Source: a virus. From it: a stretch of DNA of 64,000 nucleotides. Positions 48,001 to 55,628 of the stretch are shown one piece after another. Location of the stretch: the IMG/VR virus record IMGVR_UViG_3300031788_000002, positions 64,001 through 128,000 of that record. The stretch is one strand, 5' to 3'. The position numbers were made by a program, and so were the translations under genes. Within the stretch, counting starts at the first letter, position 1. Each line of letters opens with the position of its first letter. Below the pieces are notes generated by a model. It ran no database searches. It had not been told where the DNA came from and saw nothing but the letters and a program-made list of their open reading frames with translations.

Positions 48001-49633
48001 GCCGGACAAGGCCACGCGGGATCCTATCGTGGCGGCTGCAACTAAAAAGGTGGAACAGATCAATGCGCGCACGGATCTTAGTGACGCCGAGCGAGAACAG
48101 CATGTGGTCAACACCTGGCACGATGCAACGGACCAGATGCTGAAAGAGCATGATACGAAGATGACGGCCAATCCCAATAACCTGTACCTGATGCAGCAAG
48201 CGGGTGTGAAGCCGGGGCCTATTCAATACCGGCAGCTTCGCCTGGCCCCGATGCTCATGGTGGACAGCCAGAACCGTGTGATTTCGACGCCGGTAACGAA
48301 GAGTTACTCCGAGGGGTTGGACGTGAGCTCCTACTGGACGCAGATGGCCGGTGCGCGCCGAGGATCAGTACTCAAAGTTCAAGAGGTGCGCGAACCGGGG
48401 TACTTTACGAAGAAGCTCATCAACGTAACGATGGGCCTACAGGTTACGAAGCATGATTGCGGTACGGATAACGGGCTGCACTTGCCTATCCACTCCCAGG
48501 ATATCTTTGACCGTACTCTGGCACAGGAACACACCATTGGGGGTGTGACGTACGCGAAGGACACGGTGATTACGCCGCAGGTAGCGTCCACAATCAAAGC
48601 CGCGGATAAGAACGCAACTTTGTTGGTCCGCTCAACATTGAAGTGCGACAACGGAACCGGCGTTTGTCAGAAGTGCGCGGGCCTGGCGCCCGATGGGCAG
48701 CATTATTCCTTGGGAACGAACGTTGGGATTTTGGCTACGCAAGCTCTTGGGGAACGCGCTACTCAGCTCACGCTCAAAGCTTTTCATGGAGGCGGTGTAG
48801 CGGAGCGTGGCGCAAACTTGGTCAACGATTTTATTCGCGTCCAGCAGTTGACGTCTCTGCCCAAGGAAATCCCGAACGCGGCGCGTTTGGCTGCGAAGGA
48901 TGGTGTGGTTGAGAAAATTGAAGAAGATCCCACGGGTCACGTGGCGTGGATTGGTGGCGTCAAGCACCACATCGCCAACGATGATCAGGGTAACCCGCTC
49001 TTCAAACCGCTCCCTGGGCAGACCGAGTCCACCTTACCCGGGGGCACGAAGTGGACGGGGTTGCAAGTCGGTATGAAGGTGCGCGCGGGAGACCCTTTGA
49101 CGGATCCGGCGCGCACCTATGTCAATCCCCATGACTTGTACGCCGTCACGGGAAGTATGGCTCAAGTGCAAAACCACTTGGTGACGGAGCTGCATGACAT
49201 TTACGGTCGCGAGGGCGTTCGCCGTCAGAACACGGAGACTGTGGTGCGCGCCCTTAGCGACCTGACCCGTGTCATTAACCCCGGGGATCATGAAACCATG
49301 ATCAAGGGACAGTACGCGTCGCGTGCCAAAGTGCAAGAAGCCAACCGACAGCTTATAGCGCAGGGTCTTCAGCCGATTCAGCACACGCCGATTATGAAAG
49401 GTATCAGCGTGATGCCCCTTGAGGTACAAGAGGATTGGATGGCCAAGTTGAACCATGAGCGCTTGCGGGATCCAGCGCAGGGACTGCCCGCGAGTGCCGC
49501 CCTCGGGGCTTCCTCTGATCTGCACGGGAACAACCCGGTAGCAGGCATGGCTTACGGAGCCGAGTTTGGAATGACCAACGTCAACGTCTTCGACAAGCCG
49601 CACCTTAAAGACGTCGCGTCCCACGCATACTGA
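42086..49633 (+). CDS. DNA-directed RNA polymerase, fused beta-beta' single chain, with intein (about 2159 aa after splicing)
   Basis: Beta motifs: TPEG, GHNFEDG, GDKM/SGRHGNKG, NPSGVPGRMNMGQVLE. Beta' motifs: KRDPVLH, ADFDGD, GARRG, GYFTKKL, C...CQKC, GERATQLTLKAFHGGG. Confidence 0.93.
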   Translation: MAYLNPKEAFADLKQNVIEGLQAHFPITGSKQSIHLEGVDVREHARDFNDLTEQHKAKVEGRSWTVPVFGALALKNNQTGEVLDRKSIQLADLPYMTQRHAYIVDGREYQVDNQWRLKPGVYTRRKEDGELKSQFNVQGKRPFDITLDPETKVFSMIRGDSKNIPVYPLMKELGVDDDTLQASWGKEVLAANRGARAAGTALERFYKADKKRAPTSTEEARQHFIDTMEGSKIRPEVTQITLGKPYDHVNGNLLHDVTTKMIGVQRGEIPEDERDSLVFKDLHTVADFAKKGLTDWKTKKALQARTARKINTATSIRQVIHGNMFSRPVKATFTENALARTADQVNPVEMLTSSFQTTIMGPGGIQSDNAISESAKLINPSQIGFLDSIHTPEGSKTGVTLHLPMGVIKRGNTPLIPVYNLRTQQMDHIDPVTYHKSVVMMPDQVTWNKSTPIPVGKRVMVSQKGNELVEADASSADYVMRSPSQLFSMTSNLIPFLGNNSGNRASYATHHIEQAISLHDRDAPLVQSGTGRATGVRTFEEFMGRQSAHIAPTAGTVTKVTADAITVQDKEGKDHHVTIYNNFPLNDPKAVLHSTPAVKEGDAVTPGQLLADNNFTRNGQLALGKNLLVAYIPFKGHNFEDGIAISQTAAAKMASEHMHKPSITLGPDAITGLAKYKALHPTSFETQQLEHLDDAGVVRVGQTVRTGDPLVVASRPFDSKGSYSLSKIRKSLSSQTLDSSLTWKSEHPGEVVGIHRDEEGNVTVHVRTVEPMQVGDKMCYDEETEMLTARGWLPVADVTCADEVCSRVDGHIVYQSPDAVFAYPTGGRMYRIKSRQVDLLVTDKHDMFVKERGASDFLLTPAATLFGRRIRYAKSGLWQGHDPEYIAFPALCVRAGQYGNGSRMLPEVRLPVSVYCMLLGAYVSNGHTFDQPGDYGIAIDKATGPQFEELCRALTEANIAFSRTNGATCSRVTIHSKQWLEHFRVLGRARVKYIPEHIFSFSRDSLCILFKWLMWGNSSSMMTGRPVAYFTSSKRLADDVQRLALHVGYAGNVRIHAEEGWQTIKGKPSWCARSYEVRIVTTKLEPQVNNGHVKKQRAQEEYFVENYTKPVYCVRVPGHVVYVRRNGKAVWSGNSGRHGNKGVITTILPDKEMPHTADGRPIEVVLNPSGVPGRMNMGQVLETAAGKIAEKTGQTYIVNNFEHGVDQLDRVKKALKEHGLTDTEEVIDPVSGQSLGKALVGPQHLLKLNFQIDKKVSVRSGMPLEGAEPEHYDADTLIPAQGGKTGGQSMGNLGLYGMLAHGAKHNIREMQTWKSEGADRKERWDSLHNEVWRAIQTGETPPPPKKTFAFQKFEDMLTAAGINVTKRGHTLQLTPLTNQQILAQSAGALPNPGYSVISKKGKAGDEPVARKGGVFDPAITGGHGGQNWSHIVLPEPVPNPVFEHAIQRVLGLKEGQYADIVNGEAAVKDGKVVPLGTEGSKAGGAAIAHMLGELDVKEELKKAKDALDKLKVPANLAHRDVTPKLDQLSKQVRYLSTLDKAGIHPKDAYVLENLPVIPPIMRPASFLPNGNVHEADLNSLYTRAGQLASAMQSPNYKYLSDHDKKEDRFNLYDSVKALMGVGEDWATRGKQGKGVLLQIAGSAPKEGYFQNTLLSRRQDMTMRATITPDASMGLDQVGLPEKKALDLFRPFVVNKLQEIGAASTPREAHALLSEPGKKDPAVYQALDKVMAERPVLLKRDPVLHKHGVQAFWPQRVPGKAIQIHPLTTGGFTADFDGDTMALYVPIGRDAVEEAKGMVPSRNVYNEASGKVIYQPSLEASLGLFKLSRVTGDSGKTFDSHAALLKAAQAGKLTVTETATVDGKPTTAGRILLASAVPESMQHDMLHNMNLSLNKKGTDRVYTQIAKEHKAAFADSAVKLMRLGYDAAFGVLKIPNPATQGTAAAVEKDGEHPKDNVQYLPMGTHSLSLNDFTPDKATRDPIVAAATKKVEQINARTDLSDAEREQHVVNTWHDATDQMLKEHDTKMTANPNNLYLMQQAGVKPGPIQYRQLRLAPMLMVDSQNRVISTPVTKSYSEGLDVSSYWTQMAGARRGSVLKVQEVREPGYFTKKLINVTMGLQVTKHDCGTDNGLHLPIHSQDIFDRTLAQEHTIGGVTYAKDTVITPQVASTIKAADKNATLLVRSTLKCDNGTGVCQKCAGLAPDGQHYSLGTNVGILATQALGERATQLTLKAFHGGGVAERGANLVNDFIRVQQLTSLPKEIPNAARLAAKDGVVEKIEEDPTGHVAWIGGVKHHIANDDQGNPLFKPLPGQTESTLPGGTKWTGLQVGMKVRAGDPLTDPARTYVNPHDLYAVTGSMAQVQNHLVTELHDIYGREGVRRQNTETVVRALSDLTRVINPGDHETMIKGQYASRAKVQEANRQLIAQGLQPIQHTPIMKGISVMPLEVQEDWMAKLNHERLRDPAQGLPASAALGASSDLHGNNPVAGMAYGAEFGMTNVNVFDKPHLKDVASHAY
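44420..45487 (+). mobile_element. Intein in the RNAP beta motif GDK..GRHGNKG (356 aa), endonuclease probably degenerate
   Basis: M|CYDEETEMLT; block B VTDKHDM; ends WSGN|S. Confidence 0.9.
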
Positions 49634-50913
49634 TGGGCCGCTACATCACCGATCCCCATACGGATGCGCGTACGCCGCTCGAGCGTACCAGCATGCGCAG
49701 TTCGTGGACGCAGCCCCACGGGGCTTCGCCCGCGTTTATTCACGAATCTCGCGTCTTAGACTTTAATTTGGCCACCTGGACCGTCGATGTACGCTCTCAG
49801 TTTGACCAGAAGTTCTACCCGAACATTCAGGTTGCGGGCCCTTACCTTCATCCTAATCGCGGAGAAGGTTGGTCGGTTGTTCCCGAAGTGAACGCAAAGT
49901 GCGTGGTATGTTTACCCAGTGACGGGCCCCCGCCTTTTGTGCTGGCTTTCATCATGCCTATGGAGACCCCCGAGGATCCCTCCTCGAGCGCTGCGGCAGA
50001 AGACGCAGCGGATACCACAGGTACTAACCAGGGTGCGGTTTTCTCTGGAGGTCGTGCACGGGGTAAGCCCGGGGACATGATATGGCAAGGGCGGGACGGC
50101 AACTTCGTGATTATGCATCGCGGGGGCGTTCTCCAGGTGGGGTCGACGGAGCTCGCCCAGCGCATTTACATACCGCTCGGCAATATCATTACGGACATCA
50201 GTCAAAACTACGAGCATCACAATACTGGGGGTTCCATTAACTGGGGACTGTCCACAAGCTACACCGACGATAATCCTCAGACCGAGTTTCGTCAGACGTT
50301 CCGGTTGTTTGCCAACGATGCCCAGGCGGATCTACGCATTGCTGTTGGGCAAGTGCATCAGCCTGTTCCAGAACCTTCGGGGGATGCAGGCGAGACCTCG
50401 AACAACACGGCGATGGGTGTAGGGGCCGACACTATCGTTGCTGAGTTCGTGATCGCACCGGCCGGCTTCAACGTGGAAGCGGGTTCGCCGGTGAGCGGCG
50501 TAGAGAACCTGACCAAGTTGAAGATGTTTTTTGACCGGTCAGGGTCTGGGTTCTTGCGCGCTGAAGCAAGCGTCAACATCCGCGTCAAAAATCAACTTCG
50601 TATTACGGCAGATCAGGGGATGACGCTGACCTCGGGTAAGTCACTGCAATTGCAGGCGACAGAAAATCTACGGTTGGTGGGAAGTACTGGGGTTCAGATT
50701 ACGTCGGATAAGGGCGCGGTAACCATTAACGGAGGGGACACCCCCGTGGCCACCGTCGGCTCAGCGGTGAGCATTGTTATCGCAACGCCCGTACCTATTA
50801 TCCTGAGCGCACCCGTACCGGGGACGCCAGGTGTCATCTCAGCGGGCGCGATGTTCACCGGCTTTATCACCAACGGATCCAGCACGGTGTTGGTCCCGGG
50901 GCCGCAAGGCTAA
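49633..50913 (+). CDS. Baseplate hub/spike protein (gp5/gpV-like)
   Basis: OB-fold-like N-terminus (VPEVNAKCVVC) and beta-helix-like C-terminal repeats. Confidence 0.5.
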   Translation: MGRYITDPHTDARTPLERTSMRSSWTQPHGASPAFIHESRVLDFNLATWTVDVRSQFDQKFYPNIQVAGPYLHPNRGEGWSVVPEVNAKCVVCLPSDGPPPFVLAFIMPMETPEDPSSSAAAEDAADTTGTNQGAVFSGGRARGKPGDMIWQGRDGNFVIMHRGGVLQVGSTELAQRIYIPLGNIITDISQNYEHHNTGGSINWGLSTSYTDDNPQTEFRQTFRLFANDAQADLRIAVGQVHQPVPEPSGDAGETSNNTAMGVGADTIVAEFVIAPAGFNVEAGSPVSGVENLTKLKMFFDRSGSGFLRAEASVNIRVKNQLRITADQGMTLTSGKSLQLQATENLRLVGSTGVQITSDKGAVTINGGDTPVATVGSAVSIVIATPVPIILSAPVPGTPGVISAGAMFTGFITNGSSTVLVPGPQG

Positions 50914-50916
50914 GCG

Positions 50917-51549
50917 ATGGCTCTGGGTGCGCTCAAAAGCGGTACGTTGGGCGGCTTCAACGTGGGCCTCGCGGTGGCGGTTGGGTTTTTGGTACCTCTT
51001 GGCATCCAAATCGACGCGCTCATCGCGGCGGGCCTAGGCCCCTTTCAGCTCGACATCAGCGCGCGCCTCATGGCGACGCTGTCCATGTCGGTGGGCCTGA
51101 GCATTCAGGTGGGTAACCCCTTCGCTGGGATTCAAGCGGTGCTCATGGCGCTCGCCAACATTCAAGTGGCGTTGTCCCTAGCCCTCGAATTTCCTATCCC
51201 CTCAATTCAAATTGGTGTGCAGCTCAGCGCTTCCATCGCGTTGGCGGGCACGCTGTCGATTCAGCTGGGGGGCTTGCAATTGGCTATTCAGCTGGCTCTC
51301 GCGATCAAAATCCCTGCGCTACGTGCTACGGCGCAACTCGCCGCCAGTTTAAACGCCGGCCCCGTATTCGCGTTTACCTTCGCCGGGGATTCCTTGGCGA
51401 CCACGGGCACGGAGGTGAACGGCTTATTTGCCGGGGGTCTTATTGACGGTACCAACGTCATTCAGCCTAGCGATCCCGTTTTTGGTATCGTGCTGCTAAG
51501 CGCAGCGCCTTCAGTTCAAGCATCGTTCGATGTACTCTTTCAGGTATAG
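50917..51549 (+). CDS. Very hydrophobic protein, 210 aa
   Basis: Nearly uncharged L/A/I/G/Q/S sequence next to the spike gene. Confidence 0.55.
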   Translation: MALGALKSGTLGGFNVGLAVAVGFLVPLGIQIDALIAAGLGPFQLDISARLMATLSMSVGLSIQVGNPFAGIQAVLMALANIQVALSLALEFPIPSIQIGVQLSASIALAGTLSIQLGGLQLAIQLALAIKIPALRATAQLAASLNAGPVFAFTFAGDSLATTGTEVNGLFAGGLIDGTNVIQPSDPVFGIVLLSAAPSVQASFDVLFQV

Positions 51550-51554
51550 AAACC

Positions 51555-53882
51555 ATGATGCAGCCTCTTTTCTACGCCCCCGAAGTGTTCATCGAGAAAA
51601 GCGCGGGCGAGGTCGATCTTCCAGACGATCCGAATCAGTGGCCGCAACAGATTCTTCAAGAGCTCTACAAGCAAGTCCCCTACATTACCGATTACCAACC
51701 CCATGTGCGCATGGCGAGCGTGGACGCGGAACGGGGGTACGGGCTAGGGCACGTCGAGATCCAGAACCAAACAGAAGCCCCGATGGATACGCCGCAGGAT
51801 CAATTGGATTCGGCGGGCATCCGTACGGTGCGCATCCCCTTCATCATCCGGGAAAAGAAGCTCAGCCCCTTCGACTTGCTGATCAATGATACCGGCGCGA
51901 CCATCCCGCTGACGGAAAACCGGCTGCGTCAGGCGCTCTTTCGGCCCCAGGCATTTGACGTCACCAGCCGAACGCCGGGGGATCAGAGCATGATTGGTCA
52001 GCTCTACCCACCCTACCGTCAGAACTACGGGTTTGGTGGGGGCGGCATCGCGATGAACGCGGCCGGCGGGATGGGCATTGGCAAGGTGGGCATGAAGCTC
52101 GCGGCCGCGGACGAAGCGTCCAGTGCCTTCGAAGCGTTCATTCTGAGCGCTGCGGAGAAGGACGCGAACGTCCTCACACAATCAGCGCGCGAGCACATCA
52201 AGCCGAAGAACTTTGCAATCCCGAAGGGCGAAGGCCCCGGCGGTACAGGCAAGTACCCTATCGAGAACGCGACCCATGCGAAGGCTGCGCTGTCGATGGT
52301 CGGCGCTCACGGCTCACCCGCGGAGAAGACCAGGGTCTATTCGGCGGTGGCCAAGAAGTATCCGGGGATTGCCGCGAGGTCGTTGGTGCCTGCGGTCAAA
52401 GTGGATGCAAAAAAAGAAGCCTCGGTGCTGCTTGCCATCCTCCCCACCTTGGACGGTTTCGATGCGGAGCATGCCGCAAACGAAGTAAATGCCCTAGGCC
52501 CCAACGCATTTTCTCGGATCAAGGTAGCGTCCTCTCGTTTCTACGACGCGCTGCGACTGGTACTTGCCGCGCAGGAGCAGACGAAGCACGCGGCGTGGGA
52601 GCAGTGGCTCAAGCCCGACGTGGTCCAAGTGCAAAAAGCCGTGGAGGGCTACAAGGTAAAGACGGCGAGCCGCCGGTACTGGGATCCGCAAGAAGCGTTG
52701 ATGAATCGCGGGGACGTGGTGCGGAGCTTCGGGACCAAGGTGGCCATGCAGGCGGATCTGACCGGTTGCTGCACACTAGGTACGAACCTGCAGAAGACGG
52801 CGGAGGACGCACCCGCGACGGCATCGGTGGTGACCAAGCCCGGGATGTACAAGGTCATGGACAGCGGGGGCAAAGAGCAATTGGGGTACGTGGTGCCTCA
52901 GCTGGTCGATGTGCATGGATCCGAGATTCCGATCGCCTTGTTCACCAACGGCAGCACGGTCGCGGTGCAGAGCGACATTCATGGCGTACCTGCGGGGGGC
53001 GCCAACGTGAGCTTGCCTTCGGGGCCCATTGGGCAGCACGGCACGTTTTACACCGAGCGCGACGGGGGCGTTCGTATGACGGTGCCCTTCGATTTGCAGG
53101 ACTCGGTGACGCAAGGCGATCAACCCCGAGTGTACAACGGCACGACGTTCGGGGGCGACAAGGTCACGCTGTCCGTGCAGCCCAACCTGGTCGACGTGAC
53201 CCCCGTGGACAACGGCCGGGTGTTGATCCCCGCGGAGTGGAAGTGGCTGCCCCTTGATGGCGCCGATCACATTTCGCTCTTGAGCAGTGAGGAAGCCACG
53301 GCAGCCAACCCCGAGAGCAAGCTGGCGCACGTTGAGGTGGTCTCCGACGGAATGTCCTTTACTCTGCGGGGGACGCCTCTGACCAAGATCGCGACGGAGC
53401 AGCGCAGCTTCTTGTCCCTGGATGACGCGATCTTTCTCCTCGCGGGGCTTGGGGTGGAGATGAATTACGCCGCGGAGAAGCTGGCCGCGGCGGTGGCCTT
53501 CAGCCGGCCGGAGCCGATCAAGGTGGCGTGCTTGGTTGCTCCGAAGGGCGATCAGATGAAGCAGGCCCTCGAGAAGGCGGCTGGAATTGTGGGTGCCATA
53601 GCCGGTTTCAAACAGCCGCTCCTTCTCAAAGAAGCGGCGAGCTTCCCCGATCCGCAGATGGTTGACACGGTCTTGAGCCTCGGGTTCATCAATCCCGAGA
53701 ACATCATGACCTTTGTTAGCTACCTTCCGGACATCGAAGACGTGCAGACGAAGATGTGTGAGTTGCTCTTCGCCGTGCGCTGCGGTCTCTCGAACGTGCC
53801 GCAGTCGGCACTCGAGCGCGCAGTGCGGTCGACGGAAGAGGTCATTGAGGGTCTCAAGATCCTCGGTTTCCAAGGTTCCTAA
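51555..53882 (+). CDS. KxA-motif-rich head/internal protein, 775 aa
   Basis: KSAG, KLAA, KDAN, KEAS, KVAS, KHAA, KTAS, KTAE, KLAH, KIAT, KLAA, KEAA and others. Confidence 0.65.
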   Translation: MMQPLFYAPEVFIEKSAGEVDLPDDPNQWPQQILQELYKQVPYITDYQPHVRMASVDAERGYGLGHVEIQNQTEAPMDTPQDQLDSAGIRTVRIPFIIREKKLSPFDLLINDTGATIPLTENRLRQALFRPQAFDVTSRTPGDQSMIGQLYPPYRQNYGFGGGGIAMNAAGGMGIGKVGMKLAAADEASSAFEAFILSAAEKDANVLTQSAREHIKPKNFAIPKGEGPGGTGKYPIENATHAKAALSMVGAHGSPAEKTRVYSAVAKKYPGIAARSLVPAVKVDAKKEASVLLAILPTLDGFDAEHAANEVNALGPNAFSRIKVASSRFYDALRLVLAAQEQTKHAAWEQWLKPDVVQVQKAVEGYKVKTASRRYWDPQEALMNRGDVVRSFGTKVAMQADLTGCCTLGTNLQKTAEDAPATASVVTKPGMYKVMDSGGKEQLGYVVPQLVDVHGSEIPIALFTNGSTVAVQSDIHGVPAGGANVSLPSGPIGQHGTFYTERDGGVRMTVPFDLQDSVTQGDQPRVYNGTTFGGDKVTLSVQPNLVDVTPVDNGRVLIPAEWKWLPLDGADHISLLSSEEATAANPESKLAHVEVVSDGMSFTLRGTPLTKIATEQRSFLSLDDAIFLLAGLGVEMNYAAEKLAAAVAFSRPEPIKVACLVAPKGDQMKQALEKAAGIVGAIAGFKQPLLLKEAASFPDPQMVDTVLSLGFINPENIMTFVSYLPDIEDVQTKMCELLFAVRCGLSNVPQSALERAVRSTEEVIEGLKILGFQGS

Positions 53883-53973
53883 ATCAGGAGCTAACGTTCG
53901 TGCTCCGAGCCCCGCCACCGGCGGCGTGGAGCACGAACACCAATTCACCTCTTTCGCAGTGTAGACTGCCCAG

Positions 53974-54909
53974 GTGATTCGAAGAAGCCCCGCGGAGTAC
54001 TACATCAAGTACCTCATGCTGCTACCCGACAAGCTGTCGGACGCCGACATTGTTCGGACCTTGAGGGAACACCAACTGGATTACCCAGGAGCGAGTTACT
54101 TGACGAAGCTGCGCGCGGGCTTGCGCCCGCCGACGCCCTTTCGTCCGCTGATGGCGAGCGATGTCCCTTCCTACCGCTTTTTACAGAGGCATCGGGTCCA
54201 CCATCTCTTCTTCCGAAATACCTACACGTTCGAAGCGCTGGAGATGTTGACCACGCCCCGCTCGAAGGAGCTGATCGAGTCCCTCATCTTGGCGGAAGAA
54301 CCCTTAATGAGCATCTGCCTTCGCTTGCGACGGTTTGGCGTTCATGTGAATCCTAAGTCGGTGGAGTACTACGAGCACTTCTTCTTCAACACGAGCCTCG
54401 TAGACCACACGGAGCTTCGCGCGCTCATATCGATTCGCGTGGAAGACATGGCGGCCGGAAGCAACCCGGATGCGGAGACCCTGGTGCGCTACAAAGCGAT
54501 GCAGCGGGCTTTGTACAACGACCCGCGCTACGTAGCGGTGAACGCTGTATCCCCTCAGATCGCAGCGATGCGTCTTCAGATGCGCCACGGCTTGATGCCA
54601 AATCGCATTGAACGAATGAAGCTAGCGCAGAGCGTTCAGCAAATGGCGATGACCGCGTTGTCCGACACGTTGCAGCGAGGGGGTCCGGAGTACACCACGC
54701 AGGCGCGGGATCTTGCGTCGGTGGCAAAAGACTTGAGCACCATCATTCGTGAAGCGGGCGGGGAGAACACGCAGCTCAACGAAAGCTTGCAGCGAATTGC
54801 GCTCAGTAACGATACGACCGAAGTGCAGAACATCCGACAGTTGCCCGGGGGGCAATATGAAGATAGTGTCACGATCACTTCCGTTGAGGTGATGAATGAC
54901 AAGCGCTGA
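53974..54909 (+). CDS. Hypothetical helical protein, 311 aa (terminase small subunit candidate by position only)
   Basis: Lies upstream of the terminase large subunit gene. Confidence 0.45.
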   Translation: MIRRSPAEYYIKYLMLLPDKLSDADIVRTLREHQLDYPGASYLTKLRAGLRPPTPFRPLMASDVPSYRFLQRHRVHHLFFRNTYTFEALEMLTTPRSKELIESLILAEEPLMSICLRLRRFGVHVNPKSVEYYEHFFFNTSLVDHTELRALISIRVEDMAAGSNPDAETLVRYKAMQRALYNDPRYVAVNAVSPQIAAMRLQMRHGLMPNRIERMKLAQSVQQMAMTALSDTLQRGGPEYTTQARDLASVAKDLSTIIREAGGENTQLNESLQRIALSNDTTEVQNIRQLPGGQYEDSVTITSVEVMNDKR

Positions 54910-55363
54910 GCGTACGGTGCAGGTGTCGCAGGTAGATAAGGGCAATGCTGCTACCGCGTTTTCGGGTACGGGGGACATGCTTTTGCCCGCAGTGCTGTCC
55001 TTTGTATCCACGGGCTACCGCTACTTCTTAGAGGAGCACGCCCTCGTGGAGCGTGACCTCGTGGTGCATTTCTTTACGACGGAGCAGCAACAAAAAACGT
55101 GGGATGTTAATGCGCTGGAGCAATGGTGGTTGAACACATTTGCGTGCACATTGAGCGCGGTCGCCTGTGATTACTTTCAAGCGGGGCCCCCGCGCATTAT
55201 GGCCAAGTACACAAAGGAAGTAGCGAGCTGGTGGTTTAAGGCGCAGGGGTTTGACCACCTTCTGGATTTGTCCGCGTTCCTTCACGTTTTCTTCGAGCGG
55301 CTTGACGAAACACTTCACGCTGAGCTTCTTGCACCTGGCGCACTTCCACCCGGTAGGGTTTAA
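54896..55363 (+). CDS. Hypothetical protein, 155 aa
   Basis: GAGGT RBS; overlaps the upstream stop. Confidence 0.55.
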   Translation: MTSAERTVQVSQVDKGNAATAFSGTGDMLLPAVLSFVSTGYRYFLEEHALVERDLVVHFFTTEQQQKTWDVNALEQWWLNTFACTLSAVACDYFQAGPPRIMAKYTKEVASWWFKAQGFDHLLDLSAFLHVFFERLDETLHAELLAPGALPPGRV

Positions 55364-55628
55364 GAGCAAACTCCACGTGCTCTCTTGTGAAACGTACATG
55401 CACGGCGCGCCAGCCAAGCCCCAAAGCAACCTGTCGGATAATGGCGCGGATGGACGTGTGTAGGTCCTTGGGCAATGAGGCAATCTGAAGCTTGGCGTGG
55501 TGCTCGCGTTTCTTGTCGTCGGTATCGAGGGACCAGCCACCAGGAAAGTGAGGGCCGCCGGAGCTCAACCAGCGCCAAACTTCCTGAAGGGCCTCTTGGG
55601 GGTCGGCTGTTTCTTCTTGAGGTTCCAT
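55236..55628 (-). CDS. Hypothetical protein, 130 aa, antisense within the head cluster
   Basis: Protein-like sequence (MEPQEETADPQEALQEVWRWL) filling the gap before the terminase gene. Confidence 0.4.
   Translation of the reverse strand: MEPQEETADPQEALQEVWRWLSSGGPHFPGGWSLDTDDKKREHHAKLQIASLPKDLHTSIRAIIRQVALGLGWRAVHVRFTREHVEFALKPYRVEVRQVQEAQREVFRQAARRKREGTRTNPEGGQTPAP

Noticed and set aside
42086-49633. Host chromosomal rpoBC
   Set aside because: It is divergent and reduced, is surrounded by phage structural genes, and has no ribosomal-protein neighbours.
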